DNA of 64,000 nt. Source: Phaeosaccion multiseriatum (taxonomy: Eukaryota > Protista > Ochrophyta, other classes). The stretch is from NCBI GenBank assembly GCA_965112735.1, contig OZ218961.1, positions 2,728,001 to 2,792,000 on the forward strand, given 5' to 3'. Position 1 is the stretch's first letter. Every line of letters begins with the position of its first letter. The notes under the pieces are model-generated. The model did not search any database and had not been told where the DNA came from. It worked only from the letters and a program-made list of their open reading frames with translations. This document shows, piece after piece, positions 12,120 to 22,300 of this stretch. The position numbers and the translations under genes were made by a program.

Positions 12120-12346
12120 TTTTCGCGAGCCGAGCCTTACCCCCCTTTTTACGACTTTAAGTTCCCTCTATCCTTCCTCTTGCTCTTCTTATACGTCTAT
12201 ACTGTCACTCCGCAAGCCCTCTCCCGTCAGTGCCTCCCGTCAGTGCCTCCCGTCCCGTCTGATGCACATCTGGTACCATCGGAAAAGGGCTCTCGTCCCC
12301 TCTCTCTCCACCTCATTAGGACTCAACCAAAGCAAAGCTTGTCACT
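12120..12346. promoter_or_regulatory. Putative bidirectional promoter between TIMP-Kazal and UBL-RING
   Basis: A 227-bp gap between divergent ATGs. It contains a tandem 13-mer (ctcccgtcagtgc x2) at about 12221-12252. Confidence 0.35.
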
Positions 12347-13849
12347 ATGGCAACATTGGTGACGGGAGCGCGCAGCCATGAGATCATCGACGTGACTCAC
12401 AGCGACGATGCTCAACGCTGCATGTTTCTGACGCTGAACGAAAAGGACACCCTTGGCGACGTCGAGTGCGCTCTCCAGAAGCAGCTGGTAAGGGCCGACG
12501 ATGCCCTCTTCCACGTTGACAAGCTGGTGCAGGGCGGCAGTGCGCTGGCGAGGGAGTCGGGGGAATAGATTGGACTGTTTGGCATTGTGGGAGCGTCCAT
12601 CCTCTTACCTGGAACGCCCCTGTCCCTGTGAAGATTATGATCAGCGAGGGCGAGACGCGCTCCTTCGCTCAAGAACTTGTGGTGAGAGCGTGGCCGTGGA
12701 CTCTTTGGACCCCGAAGGCCTGGCTTGGGTGGCGAGGGAGGGATACACAGATGGCGTGCTCAAGTGTCTGGCCTCGTCTGTGGTCCGTTCTCACGTCGCC
12801 ACCGGCCGCCCTCCCACTCCTACTCCATGACCTGCCAATGCTCATCAAGGCTTCCTCCGTGCAGGAACCCGATCACATCTTGGTCAGGTTGATCGAGGGA
12901 AACACCGTGACCCTTACTATCAGGCCCACGGACGCCATCGCCTCTGTGGTGGAGCGCCTCACCAGCAGCAAGGGAGTGCCCTCTACCTCGGAGCAGTACC
13001 TTCGCTTCGCAGCCAAGCCGCTTGCGACCGCAGCTCACTGTCGCTGACTACCACATCACGGCGAACAGCACCCTGTACATCTCGCTGAAGCTCAAGGGTG
13101 GTCGTGAAGCTCCTCGCGTGATGTTCGCAGACGTCTCCGACAGCTCGGCCGCGACTATTCCCCACTGGGGCTCCTCCTCGCCAGCTTTGAGGAAAGCGCG
13201 TAAAGGTCTATGCCTGGAGAGTGTGTGCACTAACTTAAGCTACTAGGCCTGCTACAAGCACTTCATTCCGAAGTGGGGCTTCAATGACGTCGACTTCATC
13301 CCGCAGCAGAGCCCCGGCCAAGCACACGGCCGGGGACCCGCGTGCCCCATGTGCGCCGAGCCCGTCACACCTGCCATGAGCGGTTTCAACAACTGCGTGT
13401 GGCGCGCATGTCCGGCATCAAGGCCGACGAGGGGGGCGACGCCGTCACCCTCCACCCAGTGGAAGCAAGTGGGGCACGAGTACCTCGCCTTCAAAGCGAG
13501 CTCGAGCGTGGCCTGGAGCAGACTCCTACTGCAAGTAAGGAGGCCCACCGTCTGCCCCGAGAGCTTGCCGCTGATGCGCGTGGTCGCATCAAGCTCGGAG
13601 GTGGTCCCTCTTCCGGAAGATCCCATGCTCTGGAGCGGCTGCTGTTCTATCTGCCTGGAGCCCTGCAGCAGCTCCAGCGCCACGAAGGCCACGAAGATGA
13701 GCTGCGGTCACCGCTTGCACCGCACCTGCTACCTCAGGATGAAGAGCAACATGTCCTCCACCACTTGCCCCCTGTGCCGCGCGGAAGGGGCGAGCACGAG
13801 CACGACAACTTTGAGTCTGCGGTATGCCGGACGCACGCACGCACGCAGG

Positions 13850-13896
<47 letters not shown>

Positions 13897-13939
13897 ACAC
13901 ACGCAACCGCCCATACTCTCCATGCTCCAAACGGAATGA
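12347..13939 (+). pseudogene. Ubiquitin-like + Cys-rich + RING-H2 E3-ligase-like pseudogene
   Basis: The UBL (ILVRLIEGNTVTLTIRPTD..EQYLRFAAKPL / TVADYHITANSTLYISLKLKGG) is broken by a frameshift at about 13021. The Cys-rich region GLCLESVCTN..CPMC..FNNCVW has an in-frame TAG at 13244-13246. The RING-H2 is CSIC..CGHRLHRTC..CPLC at about 13643-13780. Confidence 0.75.
13853..13901. repeat. (CA)n microsatellite
   Basis: Direct reading. Confidence 0.9.
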
Positions 13940-14399
13940 GTGTAGTTGGCGTCACGTGGTGACGGCCCAAGGGTAGTATTCGAAACAAAGCCAGTTAGCA
14001 ACAGTCTGGGTACGCACACACGCACGACCTTTGAAAGCCGCCGTGGCACCAGACTCGGTGATCAGAAGTTTGGGTTGGGCGGATTGAGCAGCGGCAAGGA
14101 ATGAAGAATCGATGCACTTCTCCTGCTGCACAGGAAAAGAAGCATATTTATTCAAAGCCAAACCGTGTCTGCCGCTTGTCTCACTCAGCGAGACTCGCTG
14201 GGCCTGTGCCACCCATTGCTCGCTTCACCGACCCTCGCCGACTCGCTCAGACTCCACCTCTCTCTTCGTGGCACCTCCAGCATGTATGGCTGCTTCAACC
14301 CCCCCCCTCTTAGTTTTCGTCTGCTCACAGCCGCCGCTGCCTCATCTCCTTGATGGTCTCAACAAGGCTTTCAGCCCCATGCACGCCAAGCGGTTTTGC

Positions 14400-14472
14400 T
14401 CTAGGCCGCTAGGCCGCTCTAGGCCGCTCACTTTTCAACCCTAGGCGGCCTCTAGCCCGCCTCTAGGCAGCC
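14400..14472. repeat. Cluster of CTAGGC(C/G)GC direct and inverted short repeats
   Basis: ctaggccgctaggccgctctaggccgctc...ctaggcggcctctagcccgcctctaggcagcc. Confidence 0.7.
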
Positions 14473-15207
14473 TCCCAGTGACCGTGGGCGCGTGCGTGGT
14501 GCCGCCCAGCCAGTGGGTAGCACCCCTGTAGGCCTGCACTCCTCTAGTCCTCACTTCCAAACCCATGCAATACATACTACGCTAGGCCAGCAATAGCGAA
14601 CAGATCCCTTCTCTGAAACGTCACTCTCGAGTACTGTCACGATTGGGGAGAAAGTATCTCGAGCGGGAGACGGATCACCGCGGAGGCCTCCCCGGCAAAG
14701 CTGAGGCCTTCATTTATTCCCCAGCTGGGAACATCGCGTGACCGTTTGTTGCACAGCCCCTTTGCTGCATCATCATCGACGCGAATCTTTCATACGACCC
14801 GATGGTGGTGTCTTTCTCTACACCAACATTGTACCGCTCCTAAGTGCTGGCACAAGCCTCTCCCACCCCCCCCCCCCCCGGACTCCATAAAGTCAAGCAC
14901 AAATCGAAAACCGTCATGATTACGTAAGGATGGGGAACGTTCCTTTTTGGATCTTCCGTCTGCCCTTCCCCCTCCTCGTTTCCTTCCTCATATTCCACAG
15001 TCCACAGCAGCTACAAAGAAGAGACAGACCAGGAACGCTTATCTCATCACCGCCAAGAAGAACTCCGTGCTTCTACGCCAGTCAGCCTTCAGGTTAGTCA
15101 AGAGAGCAGCAGGAGCAGCCAGAGGATCTTTTTCGGCAGTGTGAGCGACGAGGAGTAGTAGAAGCCGCAGTGGAAGAACAGCAGTAGCAGCAGAAGCAGC
15201 AGCCAGA

Positions 15208-18044
15208 ATGTCCCTTAGTGATGCTATCACTGCCGCAGAGGCCGTTGTGCTGCAGCTTAAGCAGGAAATTGAGAATGCCTTCCCGTCGAGGTGTGCCATC
15301 ACGTCGAGCGACTGCACGGCCTCCCACAATAGCGCTTGCAGCAGCATCAGGAGTGGGGCCACCTGCGAGGTGGACGGGGTGCTCGACGAATGCGAAGAGG
15401 AGTCTTGCGGGTGAGTAGGAAGTAGGCACCACGCCGACGAGCCTTCCCATCCAACTAATAAAGCCTGGCCTTCCTCTCTCTTATTTTATTGAACTTCTCT
15501 CTCCTCGCTCCCGTGCTCAGATACCTTGTCGACAAAACGCTGAGTGTGGTGAGGATTCCCGCGGCTCTAGCTGATGGAGAGAGCGGAAACCCCACGGAGG
15601 CAAGTCTTATTGAAGCTGCGTGCTTCTCGGGACTGATTGAAGGTGAGCGAGAGGCAGGAGGAGGGGTAGAGGGGCCTAAAACAGGAGTTGAGCACATCGT
15701 TAATATCACTAGTCTCTCTCCCTCTCCCCCACTTGACATTTGACAGACTCTCTCAAGTCTGCCTACGATGATAACAACGAGAGGTACGGACTTGAAGCAG
15801 CCTTCTTCGGGAGCTGGAGCGGTGTCTTTCGGTACTTTCCTGGCATCGCTGAGGAAGAATGCGGCAACTTCGACCCGCGCTTAAGGTAGGGGCCACGTAC
15901 GTGCTTCCGGCCTCTCTTGTGTACCGTCGATGGACTCAGTATCGGCCCCCCCTGCTCCCGTCCCCATTCATCTCTGTACGCAGGCCCTGGTTCGTTGGAG
16001 CGAGCAGCGGGCCTAAGGATGTCGTCATCATCCTCGACACGTCGGGGAGCATGAGATTTGAGGGCAAGATGGAGCTCGCCATCGAAGCGGTGCAGACGGT
16101 GCTCACCGGGATGACCTTCGACCACTACGTCAACGTCATCTCTTTCGACTCCTCGGCAGAGGTGCTCAGCCTCAGTACGGATTCGCTACTGCAGGTACCG
16201 CGGTAGTAGTCTATCTGGACAGCTCCTCACTCCTCTCGCTCCCTTTGCATTGTTTGTACTGGCTGACAAACTGCGCTCTGCTGCTGCCCACCAGGCCACG
16301 GAAGAAAACCTGCTTGCTCTCTCTGGGCTGGTCGGCCAATTGTCTCCCAACGGCGGGACGAACTTCTACGAAGGTGAGCGAGAAGAGCTCTCTGAAATCT
16401 GTCCAGCAGTTGCTTCTGTACTCACGTATGTGTCTCCTTGTCGTGCCATCCATCATGTGCTCCAACCCTCTGCGGCAGCCTTCGACTTGGCGTTCGATCT
16501 CATCGAGAGGTGAGCCTAGCCAAGTCAAGCGAAGAGCATCACATACGCACTGGCTGCAGCAATCCCCGGATTGGGCACCTCACCTCACTTACGTCACCTC
16601 ACGTACGTACATGTTCCGTTTGCTTCGCTTGCAATTGTTGGTTCTATATGCCTTCCACAGCTCCGTCGCTAGCGGCAACACGGCGGGATGCCACACTACG
16701 ATTCTTTTCCTCACTGATGGTAAGCAAGCTCAAGCCGAACAGCTACGGAAGCGTGCTGTACTGCACAAGCAATAAGATGCATTAGAGTTGGGACTCAGGG
16801 CCACCCACACAGATGACTGACGCTTCCTTCTCCTCTGCTCTCTGCTCTGGCTACTGACTCCAGGAGAGATCAGTGACGGACCGCTGGATCCGCTGGAGAC
16901 GACAGGCCTCATCGAGACCAGAAACGCGGACATTGGTGCGGAAATCTTCACCTTCTCCTTCGGCGAGGACGCAGACCAAGACACCGCACAGACGATAGCC
17001 TGTGAGACGGACGGGATCTACCGTCACGTCAGCAGCACCGACGATCTCACGGGGGCAATGGCGTCGTACTACCAGCTCTACGCTGTCGGGAGTGGAAACA
17101 GCAGCTCACAAAACCTCACAACCTGGACAGAGCCCTACATCTTCGACACGAGCGGCCAGTTGGGCACTACTTGCGCGGCGTCTGCCTACGACCACAGCAC
17201 CAGGTAGGCGGCTTACAAGCGAGATGTTGCTGTCCGCGTGGCTTGGAACCCGGAAAGCAGCCAGACCTGTTCCCTCGCTTAGTGTGGCCTCCATCCTGCC
17301 CCTCTCTCGCTCTGCGTCTTGCCTCTCTCCTCTCCGCAGCCCCTCCACCTTCCTGGGGGTGGTGGCAGTGGACTTTAAGCTGTCGACCTTCACAGACCTC
17401 AACGTGGAGTACAACTTCGTCCTTGACCGGCTCGTCGCAGAGTCAAGCACGTGCCCAGTCTTCGAGCTGTCCGAGTGCAACAAGCAGGCCTACAGAGCCT
17501 CCATCTCTGACGCCAGCGTGTGCGCGAGCCAGTGCGAGTCTACTCAGGTTGGTCTTCGCCGCTCAGGGAGCGAGTCAACGGGGTGGCGGGGCGAGCTCGT
17601 CGCTCCTGTCGTCCTCCCACTGCAGGAAGCAAGCGCTGATTGCCGCCCGTCCCCCTCTGCCCCCCTCCTACCCCGCTGCAGGAGCTCACTCCCAAGGACT
17701 GCATGCCCACCGGGGAGTACCCAAGAACGCTATGGACCAACACGGACGCCGCTAACTGGTCGTACGTGGCGCGGGCGTGCTGTGATACCGGTTCCCACGC
17801 TGACGCCAGCGTGCAAGAGCCTACGTGCTTCGTGACGACCCCCCCGAATTACGATCCTACCTATATCATCATCATTACGTATTTTTGCGTTTTTGCCCTC
17901 ATCGCATTTTTCTGTTATTTTTTTTTCCTCTTGGATCGCCGCCGCTCTTTGTCGACAGCAGAGTCGGATATCAGAGTCGCAAGCGTGATGCGAGAGGCCA
18001 GTCACACGCTACGGAAACCCAAACTCGGCCAGCAGCAGAAGTAG
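15208..18044 (+). CDS. alpha2delta-like dCache+VWA membrane protein, copy 3
   Basis: Same layout as copies 1 and 2. The TM/tail is PPNYDPTYIIIITYFCVFALIAFFCYFFFLLDRRR..GQQQK*. Confidence 0.82.
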
Positions 18045-18679
18045 CAGCAGAAGCAACAGCAGAAGCAAGAGCAGGCGGCGTCTAGCTAGGAAGAAGAAAG
18101 ATGATGGGAAGGAGAGCGTCGCTGATGCGCTGGTCGCCTTCTTGAGAGAGATTGGCAAGGCCGGGATAGGGCAAGATAGCAAAACGAGAGTGAATGCCCT
18201 CATGAAGTCGCTAATGAGTAGTGTACTGTCTTCTTCCTCCTCTGCCCAAGTCCAATGGAAACCACGACCTTACACGTTCTTTCACGCTTGAAATTAGCCT
18301 CCTCTTCTTATGCAGGCTCCCCATCTAAAACGAGCCACTACAAGGGTGCTCAGATTGCACGCTGCTCCCCTTGGGGGCCGAGTGGCCTTGCTTCGCCAAA
18401 GGGTGCCCACCCAACCTACATCTCAGAATGCAGGGCCACAGAGAGCACGCACACCTGCCGCAGTACCTCACACACAAGAGTCAGGACACCGGAAAGCTGA
18501 AGCTTTCACGCCCACTCTTCCTCAGCTCCACAGCGCTCGGGACATTGGAGCGGCTGAGTCCTCCGGCACGATCGAGCAGTAGTGACGAGATCAGACGTCA
18601 GGCAACTCTCCCTCTCTCCTCGGCCTCCTCCCTGCTGCTGATGCATCCATGCCTCTTGCACATCCCGTCCATGCCTCCC

Positions 18680-18943
18680 TGCCCTGCTGCTTATCACGCT
18701 CGCCAAACCGACAGCGCTTGAGCGCAGCCCACCAGTGAAACACACAGACGCCGGCACCCGGCCAGCTGCTCGGCAGCGCTTGACCTGAGCCCCGTGAGGC
18801 ACGCAAACACCGCCTTGCTTTACCTTCTTCTGCATAGAGGAGAGGCAGGTACCGTCATGTCGCCAGCAAGGCCCTTGTCGTTCTGCCCCCATGTCACACG
18901 CTTCAACAGCGCATCTCTCAGTACGGACAGGCATGATCTGCAC
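18680..18943 (-). pseudogene. Decayed WRKY19-like zinc-finger repeat fragment, copy 3
   Basis: ERCAVEACDMGAERQGPCWRHDG..GGVCVPHGAQVKRC and GVCVFHWWAALKRCRFGE in offset frames. Confidence 0.6.
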
Positions 18944-19398
18944 TCGCTTTTCTCCTCTGCTCTAGCCACGGAAGCAGCAGCGCTCAAGAAGCCCCTCCCC
19001 CCCGCGACGGCCGCCGCGAGGAGGGGGAGGCGTGTACGTAAGGGGGGACGCAAGAAGAGAGGAGCATGGAAGCCGCGCACCACCTCTCGCCCTGCTTCCG
19101 CTGCTCGTGGACAGGAGGAAGGGGAAGAGGAGGGGCACACCCGCCGCCCCCGTGTGTGTGTGTGCTGCGAAGAAGAGGAAGGCACTCTGTGTGGGGGACG
19201 AGGTGCAGCTGCCCAAGAGATTCCGCAGGTACCATTGAGTGCATAGTGGCGCAGTCAGAGAGGCTGGAGCGACAATGGGTGGGGCATGGTATTACTAATA
19301 AAACAAAGGAGTTTAAGGGGGAAATAAAACGTGGCTATACAATGCGACATGATCTTGAAAACATTCGCTGGAACAACCGCCCAAAATAAGAACAAGCA

Positions 19399-22300
19399 TC
19401 ACCCTTCTGGAGAAGACTGCTGCGTCCGCTGGCACTTGGAGAGCCAATGGCGGCATGCCCCGAGGTAGAAAGCGTTGCTGCGCGACAGATTGGAAGGCAC
19501 CTCCGCCCCCCCGCCACGAGCCTCCACCTCGCCCTGCAACGCACGCACCAGCACGTCCACCCCTGGGATCACTCCGTGGGTGCCGAGTGGCATGAAGGAG
19601 AGCGCCCACAGAATGTCCCGCATCTCCGGCGGCGTGAAAACCTTCACCCACTTTTGGCACTGCCGTACGGTAAGAGAGGAGGGGTGAGAAGGGATGGCAT
19701 GAGATGGGATAAGAGACAGAAGGAAGGAGGGGGGAGGGAGGGAGAGTGAGGAAGAGAAAGAGGGAGGCAGAGAGAGAGGGGAGAACAGAAAGAAACGGAG
19801 AGAGATAGCGACAGAAGGAAGAAGTAAGAGAGAGGCGAAAAGTGAGAGGGAGACGATCGAGAGAGCATGAAGCAGAGAAAACAGACACAGTGCCCGCGCT
19901 TTTACACACGAGCAGCTGCACCTCTGCTGCAAGCCCCCATCCTTCCAGCAGCACCTGAACACCCTGACTGTATCGTAGGCAACCCAATCGATTGCCGTCT
20001 CCATACGCCTCTCTTACCTCGCTTACAAGACGAGCCAGGAGGGCCTCCTGCGATGCCTCGAATCCAGCGCCGTCGCCATCACCGTCTCCGGCAGGACGAC
20101 AAGCAACGTCGGCTCTGGCGCGGCTGGAAGAGTCAGTCACACCCGCCTCGACTTGCGAGGGGTCGCGGTGTGAAGGGCTGGAGGCACCATCACTGCGACA
20201 ACCACCACCAGCAGCAGCATCACCACCACCACCACCACCACCACCACCAACACCAACATCATCGTCGTTCTCTGCCGAGGCAACAGCTTTATCTCCAGCT
20301 CCAGCTAAAGCTCCCGCAGAAGCAGCCGTTGGTGATACATCCTTGTCATTCTTGACCCCCCCTTGGCCTTGACCATACAGAAGGAAGGCAGTGGATGGGT
20401 CGGCCCGTAGGGAGGCCGTTGCCCACATTACGCGACAAAGCTCCTGCGGGGTGCACAGATAAAGCTTGGCAGTCAAGTCTTCAGCGCACCGAGTGAGGAG
20501 GGCACGACTGCTCCTTCGCCTCCGGTCGAGGTCAGCGTCTGCCGATGCCTCACCATCCACTGCTGCTGCTGCTGCTGCTGCTGCCGCTGCCGCTGCTACG
20601 GCTCCGGTCAGCGTCGATGCTGAGGCTGTGAAAGACTCCGTTCTGACCAGGCCCCACAGCAAGTTGGCCGCCGCGGACGGGTTCAGGCCCTTGAGCTGCT
20701 GTGCGTCCAGGGTCAGGGGCGTCTTCAGCGGAGCGCAATGGCCCCAGGATATACAGACAACGACAAGAAAGCAAGCAAAAGCAAGGAAGGATTAGCACAA
20801 AATTCGGTGTTGAGCAACTTTTCCTTCTTTCTTTTGCATCTTGTCACTGTTAGCATACACATACGCTGTCTAGGTGGAGCAGAGGCCGAGCCCGGGGGGG
20901 CATGTGTGTGAATAAGTTGATATCACCATCAACATCACCAATCACCATCAACATCACCCTCCAGGAAGGAGGTGCTGCTTGCCCTCTTGCTCATGGCCCA
21001 CTCTCTTTCTCTCTCTGCACGGCCCTCAACAACCAACTTTTGCGCAGGGACACCACCACCAAGCCCACCCCCCCCCCCCCCCACGCACACACACACGCAC
21101 ACACACACGTACACACACGCACACACACACCCGCACACGCACGCACGCGCACCCACGCGCACCCACACACGTACCTTCAGATTAACGCTATACCCCAGTG
21201 CCCCCAATGCCCAAATCACGTGCGCAAGATCTTCGCTCGAGAAGTCCGCGCTGCGCCGCTCCACCACGCCCACGATGACCTCCAATATCCTAGTCGGGCC
21301 ACGGAGGGGAGGCAGGGAAGGAACAAACCAGCAAAACAGCTTAGGCAGGCGGACTGATTGTTGCCGAGGAAGACATTAGACAGATCGATCGATTACAGCT
21401 CTTCTTCACCCAGCCCGTGCCCCCTCCATCCCTCTCCTCCCTCCCTGCCTCCCCCCCTCCACCCCTCCCTCCCTCCCTCCGTCCCTCCCTCCTCCCCCTC
21501 CCTCCCCCCACCTTGACGGGTGTCCAATGGTGGCGTGTGCCCAAGCGAGGCGAGTGAGATGTTCCAAGGGTAGGGTCTGCTCCAAGTGCTCAGCCTGTGT
21601 CAGGAGTATGCCATCGAGGAGGTCGAAGAGGTGGTGGGCGGGGTGGCGCATAGCAGCCAATGACCACAACACCTCGCACAGCTGCTGCAACTGCTGCTTT
21701 CCTCCTCGGTCGATGGTGGCCGAGGTCGATCTTGACGTCCATGTCGGTGAGAAGGAGAAGGAGGATGACGATGGTGATGATGATGATGATGACGATGATG
21801 ATGATAATGATGATGAGGATGATGGGGTTGCTGCTGGTGCTCCTGCCGGTGGCGGTGCTAGTGGTGCGAGTGTCAGTGCTGCGAAACCCGACTCCAAATA
21901 GCTGCTGATGCGCCCCATGGTCATGGATAGCTCCGGCCCAGGGCTCTCGTGATTGCCGACAATCGTTCCGTACGCCCACAGAATCCTCGCCACGTCAGTC
22001 ACACCGAACCTGCCCTCGAGCGTCTCCTCGGACCCGGCCTCTGCCAGCGCCATGACTGCGAATGTGCTTGCCCCAGAGGTGAGACGTGCGCTGAAGTCCT
22101 CCACTGAGGAGGTTTGCATCATATCCAGGTCACTAGTACTGCTGCTGCCCATATGACTACTGCTGCTACTGCTCCTGCCAGCATCCCCACCGCCAACCCC
22201 ACTACGGCTGCTGCTGCCCTCTCCTCGGCTAGCCCCCTCCTGACATCCCCTCTTATCCTCCTCCTCTTTCTTCTCCTCCTCCTCCGCCATCGCCACCACC

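Larger units (their letters stand above)
14690..19248. repeat. Segmental duplication unit 3 (internally deleted, 3'-truncated)
   Basis: Starts ccccggcaaagctgagg exactly as window position 1. Homology ends after gagtgcatagtgg at about 19248. Confidence 0.95.

Noticed and set aside
10780-14689. Transposon insertion between units 2 and 3
   Set aside because: No TIR, TSD or transposase seen, and the giant-gene relic runs continuously across the 10779 boundary.
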